Below, piece after piece: positions 31,268 through 40,436 of a stretch of DNA of 64,000 bases; position 1 is the stretch's first letter, and the number at the start of each line of letters is the position of its first letter. Below the pieces are notes generated by a model. The model was given only the letters and a program-made list of their open reading frames with translations. It made no database searches and had not been told where the DNA came from. This stretch comes from Deferribacterales bacterium. Its GTDB lineage: Bacteria; Chrysiogenota; Deferribacteres; Deferribacterales; Geovibrionaceae. Location: contig JBFWLW010000007.1 in assembly GCA_050251945.1 (NCBI GenBank), forward strand, positions 1 to 64,000. The letters run 5' to 3'. Made by a program: the position numbers and the translations under genes.

Positions 31268-31294
31268 GTACGCCTCCTCAATGTGGTGGGGTTT

Positions 31295-31310
31295 TGCAAT
31301 CATTGTGCCA
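31295..31310 (-). promoter_or_regulatory. Sigma-54 promoter
   Basis: TGGCACAATGATTGCA (GG-N10-GC) just upstream of the MCP RBS. Confidence 0.85.
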
Positions 31311-31767
31311 AAATGATACAACCCTGTCAGTTTCCTTACATTTTCCTGTATGCTGTCCCCTGAGCATGTTCTGTCTTTATACATAATTTTTATTATTTAA
31401 TAGTTATTAAATGGGTGTTCAATTATTAATCACTTGGTGTTCATAATATGGACATTGAATATATCCATTGCGGATATCATTATGGGAAATAAAAAATCTG
31501 TTCGCGGGAAGTTAAAAATATGCATACCTATAATTTTTTTTAATGGAGTTTCTCTTTGAATAAAACGTCTTTTCTTTCATATGTCTGCGGAAGATACTGA
31601 ACTTTCAGCCGTTTTGGACGCAGGTACATTTATTGTGAAAGCATATGCCTATTTCATAAAGAGGTTATTAATTAAGAAAAAACTTTTGCTTGCAGAAATA
31701 GATACAGTCTTTATAATTCATATTGTAAGCTACACAAGAACATCGGGCTGAGCCCGTCTATGAGGTT

Positions 31768-32091
31768 ATGATGCACAGTCAAGCAATGTACTGCGTTGGA
31801 GACATTTTCAGGGTTTTTGACAGAGGACTGCAAAAAGAAAAACTTGTAGTTCTTGCCAGATTCATCATTGAGAAAGAACATTTCACTCTCTTAAGCCTTT
31901 CCACGTTTGAACGCTGGACAGACAGAGAGCTGGCGTATGTGAACCAGTTTGAGAAAACAAGACTTTCCAGAGAGGAGATACTGTACCTTTCCGGCGAGGA
32001 TTCGCTGACGTATGTCGGGAATATAAATATGATCGCCGCCGACCTTGCCGCTTTTATAAACGACAAGTTCACAATGACAAGAACCGTTTAA
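31768..32091 (+). CDS. Hypothetical protein
   Basis: 107-aa ORF with GAGG RBS and upstream TTGCAG-N16-TATAAT. Confidence 0.65.
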   Translation: MMHSQAMYCVGDIFRVFDRGLQKEKLVVLARFIIEKEHFTLLSLSTFERWTDRELAYVNQFEKTRLSREEILYLSGEDSLTYVGNINMIAADLAAFINDKFTMTRTV

Positions 32092-32149
32092 GAAGCTTTC
32101 ACTGCCCGAAGGGGCATTGATATAACTTCTCTGCACCGCTCCGGTTGAC

Positions 32150-32824
32150 TCACTCCCATCCGTGTTCCGGTGCAGAGGGGTTTTGTACCGTGAAGTGGTC
32201 TGCTATCTCCGAAGGACATCCGAAAACTGCCTCCGCCTCTGCAAACTCATCCTTTTCACCGAATCCGTAAGAGACTCCGTATCCTTTTATCCCGTTGGCA
32301 CGTGCACCGGCTATGTCATATATCCTGTCGCCGATCATTACCGTATTTGCAGGGTTGAGTTTTTCAGCGGTCAAAAGATGGGCGATGAGTCCGTCTTTTT
32401 CGACATGGGTGCCGTCCAGACTGCTTCCGTATACGCTGTTGAAGAAACCGTCCAGTCTGAAATGCACCAGAATCCTTTCCGCGAAAACCTTCGGTTTTGA
32501 TGTACAGACGAAAAGCTCGCAGCCGCCGTTTCTTATCCTTTCAAGTGCTTCCGCTATGCCTTCATATGGCGTGTTCTCGAACAGACCTACGGTTGAGAAA
32601 CGTTCGCGGTAAATGCCCACGGCTGCCTGCGCCTCCTCTTTGTCCGACGTGCCGATAAGCTCCGCAAAGCTCTGCCAGAGAGGAGGACCGATATATTTTT
32701 TAAGCTGCTGCCTCGGCGGGCAGGGGACATTCAGTTTTTCAAGGGCATATGCTATGCAGGCGGTGATGCCTTCCGACGGGTCTGTGATGGTGCCGTCCAG
32801 ATCGAAGAGTATATTCTTTTTCAT
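32150..32824 (-). CDS. HAD-superfamily hydrolase (phosphoglycolate phosphatase-like)
   Basis: FDLDGT, IGPPL, CTSKP, IGDRIYD. Confidence 0.92.
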   Translation of the reverse strand: MKKNILFDLDGTITDPSEGITACIAYALEKLNVPCPPRQQLKKYIGPPLWQSFAELIGTSDKEEAQAAVGIYRERFSTVGLFENTPYEGIAEALERIRNGGCELFVCTSKPKVFAERILVHFRLDGFFNSVYGSSLDGTHVEKDGLIAHLLTAEKLNPANTVMIGDRIYDIAGARANGIKGYGVSYGFGEKDEFAEAEAVFGCPSEIADHFTVQNPSAPEHGWE

Positions 32825-32941
32825 GAGCCTTTATACAACAACGGACACAGGAAACAAGAAAATTGTGCAGATTATGCGCAGGTGTGCAGATTTGACACAG
32901 TGGCTTGGGTGTAAGATATTGATTTTTATAGGTACTGTATT

Positions 32942-32957
32942 TGGCATATAGTTTGCG
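32942..32957 (+). promoter_or_regulatory. Sigma-54 promoter
   Basis: TGGCATATAGTTTGCG (GG-N10-GC). Confidence 0.75.
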
Positions 32958-32995
32958 TGTTATGTATTGAAACAATTTACGAGAGGTTCAAAATC

Positions 32996-33859
32996 ATGAT
33001 TAAACAGGTTATCAGAAAAACTACATCCATGACGGCACTGTTTTCCTTTATCTGGCTTAGTTTCACAGGCATCATAATGTATTTTATGCCCCCCGGCAGG
33101 ATCGCCTACTGGGTTGACTGGCATATCTTCGGACTGAACAAAGACAACATCGGGCAGGCACACACAACAGTGTCCATGCTGTTTGTCGTTGCTATGGTGC
33201 TTCACGTCTGGCTGAATTTCGGTGCCATTGTCGGCTATATGAGAAGTAAAAGCAGAAAACTCATCGTTTTTACTCCCGAAACGACGGCAGGGCTTGTAAT
33301 CGCCTGCGTTGTCTTTTTCGGAACGCTGTACAGTGTTGCACCGTTTTCAACAGTGAACAATGCCCTCGCCGACTTTAAAGAGGATTATGAATATACCGTC
33401 GGAAACCCGCCGTACGGACATGCGGAACTCAGTACACTGCCTGTTCTTGCAGATCGTATGAAAATGGATATGAGCAAAATAGAGCAGATAATGCAGGAGA
33501 AAGGATTCACTTTTGACAACGAGTCAACTTTCAAAACCATAGCTGCTGAAAACGGTATGAACCCTGCGCAGCTTTATAAGATATTATCGCCTGCAAGGCA
33601 GAAGAAACAGCTTGTCGGCGAAGATGCCGGAAAGGTTGATATGTCTAAATATGAACACCTTCAGGGAAGCGGAATGGGGATGAAAACCATCGCTCAGGCG
33701 GCGGAGAACTGCGGGATAACCGCCGAAGAAGCCGTCTCGCGTCTGGCTGCAAGTTCCGTTCAGGTTTCCCCGTCAGATACGCTTCGGGATGCCGCCGAGA
33801 GAGCATCACTCACACCGATTGAAATATACGCTATCATTGATACCGGAAATAAACCATGA
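32996..33859 (+). CDS. DUF4405-like membrane protein
   Basis: TGIIMYFMPPGRIAYWVDW..H..LHVWLN, PPYGHAELSTL; GAGAGG RBS. Confidence 0.75.
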   Translation: MIKQVIRKTTSMTALFSFIWLSFTGIIMYFMPPGRIAYWVDWHIFGLNKDNIGQAHTTVSMLFVVAMVLHVWLNFGAIVGYMRSKSRKLIVFTPETTAGLVIACVVFFGTLYSVAPFSTVNNALADFKEDYEYTVGNPPYGHAELSTLPVLADRMKMDMSKIEQIMQEKGFTFDNESTFKTIAAENGMNPAQLYKILSPARQKKQLVGEDAGKVDMSKYEHLQGSGMGMKTIAQAAENCGITAEEAVSRLAASSVQVSPSDTLRDAAERASLTPIEIYAIIDTGNKP

Positions 33860-33913
33860 CAAAATGAAACAAAGAAATGACTTGTTTTATTATTTGAGGG
33901 GTATATTATATTT

Positions 33914-34011
33914 ACAGGCGTAAGTCCTGAATTGAGCAGCAGGGTTTATGCTTTAATCTCACAGTCCCCTTATGTTGATGGCCGCCGGAGCAAGCGGCCA
34001 TTTCCTTTTTT
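33914..34011 (+). ncRNA. Candidate small RNA
   Basis: TTGTTT-N16-TATTAT promoter-like site, 5' CAGG/CCTG hairpin, terminator ATGGCCGC..GCGGCCAT-TTCCTTTTTT, no RBS-led ORF. Confidence 0.35.
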
Positions 34012-34179
34012 CTGACGCTTATATGCGTCGCTCTACTTTGTCAGCTCTCGCTCGGAACAGCTCACATACTTCTATGTATGCTCGCTGCCCTCTCACTCAT
34101 TCTTCCTCGTATAGCTCGCATCTAAGTGTCAGAATAATTTTTTGCCTTCCGCATCGAACTGCTTGCATCTAAGTGTCAG
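34011..34179. repeat. REP-like palindromic element, family 2
   Basis: IR TCTGACGCTTATATGCG / CGCATCTAAGTGTCAGA, right end repeated at 34165-79; core similar to 54561-54630. Confidence 0.65.
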
Positions 34180-34200
34180 TAAGATATGGCTTACCGAATT

Positions 34201-34236
34201 GTCTCTGCGAGTCTGCAAAGCAGACGCGGCAGTCTC
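34201..34236 (+). repeat. Single palindromic unit
   Basis: GTCTCTGCGAG-hairpin-GCGGCAGTCTC. Confidence 0.7.
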
Positions 34237-34246
34237 TCTTTCCGGA

Positions 34247-35935
34247 TCAGTCAAGAACTCTGATGATGATTGATTCTCTTCCGCCTTTGGAATAGTAGAT
34301 TTCGTCGGTGATACGTCGTGAAATCTTTATACCCTTGCCGTCACTTTTTTCGCGGTCATACATCCACGTTTTCAGGATATGCGGGTCAAACCCCGTTCCC
34401 TCATCCTCTATGCGTATCACGATCGCTTTTTTATCCCAGAGCTTCTGTATGCCGATGGTTGTTGTTATCATTTTATCGGAATCGGCGGCGGCAATAAAAT
34501 CATCGTATATTCCCTGATTTATCATCAGGTATTTCTGACGGTTGTCCAGTTCCAGAACCGAGTGTTCAAACGAGTTCATCACCATCTCGGTGAAGGCGAG
34601 GGTGAGCATGTTCATTGTCTCAAAGTCGCTCTGCATAACAGTAAAACACTCTTCCGCCCATTCAATCGCCTTGCCTACGTTTTTAAGGCACGAATTGAAC
34701 CTGAACTGGCGGACGTCTTCAAGCTGTTCGTCTATCTTGAGAATATGGATACACGATATATCGTCTTCCGGTGTTTCCATGAGGCTTCCGACGTATTTGT
34801 GGAAGTCGGTTTTCATAGCACACGCCTGAAATCCTTCTGTGACCTTATCCACCATGGTTTCACCCTCGTGGCTTTTACATTCGTAAAGTCCGTCGGTTAT
34901 CACCATTAAGCCGAGAACGTCCCTTATCCCGTACTCGTCCGTGCGGAAATCGGTCATATATTTTGTCAGCGGCGGGTTGTTGCATTTGATGGTTTCAACC
35001 GTGCCGTCCTTCAGTTTGATATAAACGGGCGGCGAACTGAAACTTGCCACTTCCATATTCTCATTTATAAAATCCACGCGCATAAAAGTAATGGACAGTA
35101 TCTCGTCGTCAAGAAGTATACCTCTGATATAGTTATTGAAAACCTGTACGGAGTTTTTAAGCGGTCCTTTGATAACTTCCCTTTCGGTGTCTATGATGTG
35201 GTTCATGTATGCCGAAGTAAGAATGGACGTGACGGATGCGGACAGTCCCTTTCCCATGGAATCTGCAAGGAATATGAACAGCGAACCGTCGTCCAGCTTT
35301 CGTATGGAGTATATATCGCCGCTGAGGATATCCAGCGGCTTATAAAAGATGTTCAGATATACGCTGTAGTCTTCTCCGTAAACGTTTGACAGACCGAATT
35401 TTTCGAGAAAAAGGTCGTTCTGTATCAGGCTCAGTTCCTTTTTAAAAGCGTTAAGCTCCTGTTGGGAATGGTATTTCTCCTGATATTTCAGAAGTTCCAG
35501 TTCCTGTTTAAGGTTCTTTTCCTGAAGTTTCTGGTTTACGAAGGACTGCATTGATTTTTCAATTGCCTGATTCAGCTTTTTCGTATCAATGGGTTTTGAA
35601 AGGAACTGGGTGACGTTGTTGTTTATGGCTTCAACAAGTGCGTCTTTTTCTGTATATGCGGTAACGAGGATTATCGGAACGTCGGGATTTGTCTTGCGTA
35701 TCTCCTTTATCATGTCGATACCGTCCATAAATCCCATTCTGTTGTCGGTAATTACCAGATCAGGCTGGTATGCAAGGAACATCTCAAGTCCCTCTGTGCC
35801 ATCGGAAGCTTTGATGACGGATTTGAACTTTCTTGCAAGTTTAGCCCCGAGATATTCGAGAGCAAGGGGTTCATCGTCAACGCAGAGAACCACCAGTTCC
35901 CGCATAAGGTCGGTCATAATATTAATTTCGTTCAT
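34247..35935 (-). CDS. REC-SpoIIE(PP2C)-HATPase Ser kinase partner-switching regulator
   Basis: VDDE/ITD/SKP receiver; SGDIY, ADSMGKG, TDGL, EDDIS; EMVMNSFEH..DEGTGF..GKGI. Confidence 0.9.
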   Translation of the reverse strand: MNEINIMTDLMRELVVLCVDDEPLALEYLGAKLARKFKSVIKASDGTEGLEMFLAYQPDLVITDNRMGFMDGIDMIKEIRKTNPDVPIILVTAYTEKDALVEAINNNVTQFLSKPIDTKKLNQAIEKSMQSFVNQKLQEKNLKQELELLKYQEKYHSQQELNAFKKELSLIQNDLFLEKFGLSNVYGEDYSVYLNIFYKPLDILSGDIYSIRKLDDGSLFIFLADSMGKGLSASVTSILTSAYMNHIIDTEREVIKGPLKNSVQVFNNYIRGILLDDEILSITFMRVDFINENMEVASFSSPPVYIKLKDGTVETIKCNNPPLTKYMTDFRTDEYGIRDVLGLMVITDGLYECKSHEGETMVDKVTEGFQACAMKTDFHKYVGSLMETPEDDISCIHILKIDEQLEDVRQFRFNSCLKNVGKAIEWAEECFTVMQSDFETMNMLTLAFTEMVMNSFEHSVLELDNRQKYLMINQGIYDDFIAAADSDKMITTTIGIQKLWDKKAIVIRIEDEGTGFDPHILKTWMYDREKSDGKGIKISRRITDEIYYSKGGRESIIIRVLD

Positions 35936-36046
35936 AAATATCCGTCGGGGTGACAATTTTATTTTGATGAATTTCTGTCAGTTTCAGTTTATAATAACAA
36001 GAAGAAAAAATCAAAATAAAATGGCTTCCAGTTTTCAGGGGCGGAT

Positions 36047-36349
36047 ATGCATATTGAGTTTCCCGGCAAAAATACAATGCGGCTCAGCGGTGAGGTCAAT
36101 ACAATTGAAAACTATACCGAGATCAAAGACAGTATCCTGAAATTCATTACCACGGGCGAAAAGGAACTGATTATGGAGATAACCGATTCTATGACCATAA
36201 CGTCTTCCATAATAGGTTTTTTTACTAAAATAATACACAGGGACGGAATAAATCTGTCACTTTTGGTTCACGATCGTAGGCTTTACAGCCTGCTTGAGGA
36301 TCTTAACCTGATAAAACTGTTTAATGTCAGGCATGTCGACAATATTTAA
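36047..36349 (+). CDS. STAS-like anti-sigma-factor antagonist
   Basis: LSGEV..TITSSIIG..LLEDLNLIKLF pattern. Confidence 0.72.
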   Translation: MHIEFPGKNTMRLSGEVNTIENYTEIKDSILKFITTGEKELIMEITDSMTITSSIIGFFTKIIHRDGINLSLLVHDRRLYSLLEDLNLIKLFNVRHVDNI

Positions 36350-36408
36350 TTGGCAGGTTCTCATTTTGTTATTGTTATTGCCGTGATTTTCGGCTAAACC
36401 GAGATGAT

Positions 36409-38016
36409 ATGAAAAACAGAAACGTTATGATAGTGGAGGCGAAATCCGGTTCCACAGGCAATCTTGAAAATGCTTTCAGGGGGCTGATGTACGGTGTCCG
36501 AATCGTAAACTTCAGAACCGACGACCTCAGCGCCGAGGTCAAATCGTACATGCCCGACGCGCTCATAGTTGACATGACCGTCAACGCGGACAAGAACATC
36601 ATAGCCAAAGCATCTCTGGTGCAGGCAGAGCTCGGTGTTCCGGTCATATACTATACCGAAGCCATAAACAGCCGCACTCTGTACCAGACTATGAAAACCA
36701 ACCACTACGGTTATATTTATGCGCCTATTGACGAAACCACTCTCCAAACCACCATCGAACTTGCACTGCATAAATTCAAGAACGACACCTCCGTTAAAGA
36801 AAGCGAGCTTAAATACCGCGAGCTTTTTAATAATATGTCAAGCGGGGTCGCAATTTACGATCTCATTGAGTTCGGAAGCAAATATATTTTCACCGACGTG
36901 AACAACACCGCCTGTAAGCTTCTCAAAAGAGAAAGGACGGATCTTGTGTCGCGACCTATTACTGCCATATATAAAAACGCCCTGAAATACGGGTTCCTTG
37001 AATCCATCAATCAGGTTCAGGAGACGGGGCAGCCGCTTAAAGCGGACAAGATGTATTATGAGGATGATATCATCCGCGGCTGGTTCAACAGCTATCTTTA
37101 CAGACTGCCCTCCGGAAGCATAGTCCACATCTTTCACGACGTGACCGAGAAGATGGAAGCCGAAAAACAGCTGATGGATAAGCAGAAAGAGCTTGAGATA
37201 GTTAACCTTGAGCTTGCCAAGGCGGTTGTTGAGGAAACCGACAAGAGGAAGAAGAACGAGCAGATCATTTTTGAGCAGTCCAGATTCCTCGCCATGGGGC
37301 AGATGATAAGCGCAATCGCACACCAGTGGCGTCAGCCCCTTTCGGCTCTGGGGATAAACATTGAAGACCTTGAGGATGCTTACAACGCGGGCGAGCTTGA
37401 CGAGGACTATATCAAAGACCTTACAAAAGACTCCATGGCACTCATAAAGACCATTTCAAAGACAATGGACGATCTCAGCAGTTTCTTCCGTTCCGGTCAG
37501 GACGAGGAGAATTTCTCTGTGTTCAGGATGCTGGCGGAGGTTATTTCTCTGCAAAGCGCAAGGATTAAAAACAGCAACGTTTCGCTGGCGTTTACCTGTT
37601 TTGCGCAGCAGAAGTCTCTCCATGCGGATGAAACCAATATCGAACAGATGCTGGGTGATAACGACTTCATACATCTGAAAGGCGTTCCCGCAGAGTTCAA
37701 ACAGGTGATAATTAATATTCTGAACAATGCAGTGGATGCTATAATTGAGAAGAATACCAACGACGGCAGAATTTCCATAAAGGTTGAAGAGGCGGGCGAT
37801 ACCCTGAATATATATATAACCGACAACGGGTGCGGAATCGACGGCGGCATAGCCGAAAAGATGTTCGATCCGTATTTCACAACAAAGGCAGGCGGTTCGG
37901 GAATCGGACTTTATATGTCAAAAGTTATAGTTGAACAGCATATGCACGGCAGGCTCACAGCGGCTTCCATGCCCGCAGGAACTGTTATGACAGTCAGTCT
38001 TCCTTACAACCGGTAA
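36409..38016 (+). CDS. Cytoplasmic pseudo-receiver-PAS histidine kinase
   Basis: Degenerate REC, YRELFNNM PAS, IAHQWRQPL, NILNNAVDA, DNGCG, FDPYFTTK. Confidence 0.9.
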   Translation: MKNRNVMIVEAKSGSTGNLENAFRGLMYGVRIVNFRTDDLSAEVKSYMPDALIVDMTVNADKNIIAKASLVQAELGVPVIYYTEAINSRTLYQTMKTNHYGYIYAPIDETTLQTTIELALHKFKNDTSVKESELKYRELFNNMSSGVAIYDLIEFGSKYIFTDVNNTACKLLKRERTDLVSRPITAIYKNALKYGFLESINQVQETGQPLKADKMYYEDDIIRGWFNSYLYRLPSGSIVHIFHDVTEKMEAEKQLMDKQKELEIVNLELAKAVVEETDKRKKNEQIIFEQSRFLAMGQMISAIAHQWRQPLSALGINIEDLEDAYNAGELDEDYIKDLTKDSMALIKTISKTMDDLSSFFRSGQDEENFSVFRMLAEVISLQSARIKNSNVSLAFTCFAQQKSLHADETNIEQMLGDNDFIHLKGVPAEFKQVIINILNNAVDAIIEKNTNDGRISIKVEEAGDTLNIYITDNGCGIDGGIAEKMFDPYFTTKAGGSGIGLYMSKVIVEQHMHGRLTAASMPAGTVMTVSLPYNR

Positions 38017-38716
38017 TTATCAGACCGGCCTTTCCCATATCCATGTAACAGCTTACGGAGCTGTCTGAAATAATCTCTCTCCATGCCTGTTTCATTCCGT
38101 CCGACCATGAGATATCGTCGAAAATGATGTGCGCACCAGCCGCATAGGGCTTTATGGTGCGGAAATAGTTCACCGTCGGTTCGTATGCGTGATGTCCGTC
38201 TATGAAGACCAGATCGAAATGACCGTATTTTGAGAGAACGTCACCCAGAACGTCGGAAAATCTCCCGACGACCCGCTCAATATTTGATATGTCGAGAGTT
38301 TTGTGAACCTCTGCGGCAACTGCCGATATTTCCGGCGCACCTTCTATGGTGACTATACTGCTCTGTGGATTGCCGAGAGCCATATATGCCGATGAAAAAC
38401 CGCAGCATGTGCCTAGCTCCAGCACTTTCGCAGGTTTATAATATCCGGTCATCCCATACATGAAAGCTGCCCATGAGCCTTTCATACCCCAGCCGCACAC
38501 CTCGTTCAGTTCCTTTTCAACCGTGCGCCCTTCGTACATCTGCTCTGCGGAAAGCTGCATCTGCGGCTGTCCGGCGCCGTAATCTTTATAACTCAGAACT
38601 CTGCCGGATGCCCGCAATGAAGTGCGGATATCTTCTATCCTTTTAAAATCGGCTTCATCGGTTGTTATGCCGAAATGGGCAATCGCCTCTTCCGGTGTTG
38701 AAAAAGGTATGTTCAT
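37994..38716 (-). CDS. Class I SAM-dependent O-methyltransferase-like protein
   Basis: VLELGTCCGFS, FDLVFIDGHH, FDDI. Confidence 0.85.
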   Translation of the reverse strand: MNIPFSTPEEAIAHFGITTDEADFKRIEDIRTSLRASGRVLSYKDYGAGQPQMQLSAEQMYEGRTVEKELNEVCGWGMKGSWAAFMYGMTGYYKPAKVLELGTCCGFSSAYMALGNPQSSIVTIEGAPEISAVAAEVHKTLDISNIERVVGRFSDVLGDVLSKYGHFDLVFIDGHHAYEPTVNYFRTIKPYAAGAHIIFDDISWSDGMKQAWREIISDSSVSCYMDMGKAGLIITGCKED

Positions 38717-40356
38717 CAGGAAGTAAGCTCTTCCAGAACCCTGAGTATTTCCGGCAGAAGCTGTTTCTTTCTGGAAAGAACGTCGGGAAGGAAAAACCTT
38801 TTGGGTTCTGTGGGCTTATATGCAAGAAGCTTCTCTGCGGCTTCGTGTCCGCTGGTGAGAAGCACTGATTCCTCTTTTATGATGTCGGTCACAAGGAGCA
38901 TGCACCAGTTAAGTCCTTTCTCCTTTTTGACCTCGTCAATAATTTTAAACAGTGCATCCTGCGTATCGTCGAGTTCCTCAAGGTTAACGACCTCAACCTG
39001 ACCGATGCCAACTGTCATTCCGTATTCATTGAATACTTTGAAGTCTGTACCGAGGATGTCTCTGGGTTCTCTTGCTTTCAGACTGTCTGTGGAGGAGAAC
39101 ATTTCCACGCCGTATTGTTTATAGTCAAGTTCCGCCAGTTCCGCTAGTTCCTGAACAGCCTGTTCGTCCTGAGGCGTTGTTGTGGGTGATTTAAGAATGA
39201 CCGTGTCGGAAAGTATCCCAGAAAGCAGGACGGATGCAGTCAGCTTGTCGGGAGTTTCGCCGCTTATCTTGAAAAGCTGATAGACAAGAGTGCAGGTGCT
39301 TCCCACCGGTTTCGCGAAGAAATGTATCGGAGTTTTTGTTTTTATGGTACCGAGCCTGTGGTGATCGACTATCTCTACTATGCGGGCTGATTCAGCGCCG
39401 TCGACAGCCTGTGTCAGCTCGTTGTGATCCATAAGTATCAGTTCTTTCTGTGCTTTTTTAATGATATCCGAACGGGTGAGGATACCTATCAGTCTGCCGT
39501 CGTTTGTAACGGGAAGCCCTTTGTGGTCAACGCCCATGAGAGTGTTGCTCGCCGCATCCAGATAATCTTCTGCGGAAAGCTCCGGCATATCGGTTGTCAT
39601 GAACGCCTTTGCGGGTATGCTCAACTGGAGGTTGCGCAGTGTTTCCGCCGTGTCCAGTTCAGAAACGTATACCCAGCCGTTGAAGGCTGAAAAATCGAAA
39701 TCTATATCATGTTCGCCGCGTATGCCTGTAAGCACAATGGCGGGAAGTCCGTTCTGGACGGCATATTCTATTATGTCGCGGCGTTTGCCAACGATGAGTA
39801 TGGTGTGCCGTTTGTCAACAGCCTCCATGCGCTCCACAAAGCGCTCATAGGGCATGGCACCCACCATGAATCCGGCGCGGAACTCGTCTTTTTCGCCGCG
39901 TATATGTGTATAGCCTTTGACTGATTTTTCAAAGTTGGAACCGCGGAATATGTATTCGGGACGCTTTGCAGGGTCTTCCGGTGTGAAGAAATGTGCGATC
40001 TCAAGGATGCTTATAACTCCGCAGAGTTTCACGCCGCCTGTTGTTACGGGTGTGATGCGTATCTTAAGTTCCTCGATATTGCGCAGAACCCCTTTAATGG
40101 GGTCGTTCTCGTCGATAGCGATAACTTTGTGGGTCATGACGTCTTTAACCTTCGTATAGACATCGCTGATGAATTTCGGGACTTCCGCGCCGAAACGCTC
40201 GAAAATGAATCTTGTCTGTTTGTTGATGTTTCCGCAGCGCGCGGGGGTATATCTCGTGCCGTCGTTCTGGCGGTTTTTGAGCTGTGCGTATGCGTATGCG
40301 GAGCAAACGGAGTCGCTGTCGGGGTTTTTGTGTCCGACGATGATTACTTCTGACAT
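38716..40356 (-). CDS. ppaC: Mn-dependent family II inorganic pyrophosphatase with CBS and DRTGG domains
   Basis: GHKNPDSDS, DHNE, VDHH, SDT, DFK, SRKKQ; CBS insert. Confidence 0.93.
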   Translation of the reverse strand: MSEVIIVGHKNPDSDSVCSAYAYAQLKNRQNDGTRYTPARCGNINKQTRFIFERFGAEVPKFISDVYTKVKDVMTHKVIAIDENDPIKGVLRNIEELKIRITPVTTGGVKLCGVISILEIAHFFTPEDPAKRPEYIFRGSNFEKSVKGYTHIRGEKDEFRAGFMVGAMPYERFVERMEAVDKRHTILIVGKRRDIIEYAVQNGLPAIVLTGIRGEHDIDFDFSAFNGWVYVSELDTAETLRNLQLSIPAKAFMTTDMPELSAEDYLDAASNTLMGVDHKGLPVTNDGRLIGILTRSDIIKKAQKELILMDHNELTQAVDGAESARIVEIVDHHRLGTIKTKTPIHFFAKPVGSTCTLVYQLFKISGETPDKLTASVLLSGILSDTVILKSPTTTPQDEQAVQELAELAELDYKQYGVEMFSSTDSLKAREPRDILGTDFKVFNEYGMTVGIGQVEVVNLEELDDTQDALFKIIDEVKKEKGLNWCMLLVTDIIKEESVLLTSGHEAAEKLLAYKPTEPKRFFLPDVLSRKKQLLPEILRVLEELTS

Positions 40357-40436
40357 ATTGACCTCATGGAAAACGGATACCGGATTGGTGTGATTTATAG
40401 GATGAACAGCCGCGGATGTCAAGGGGGCGCGTTCAA

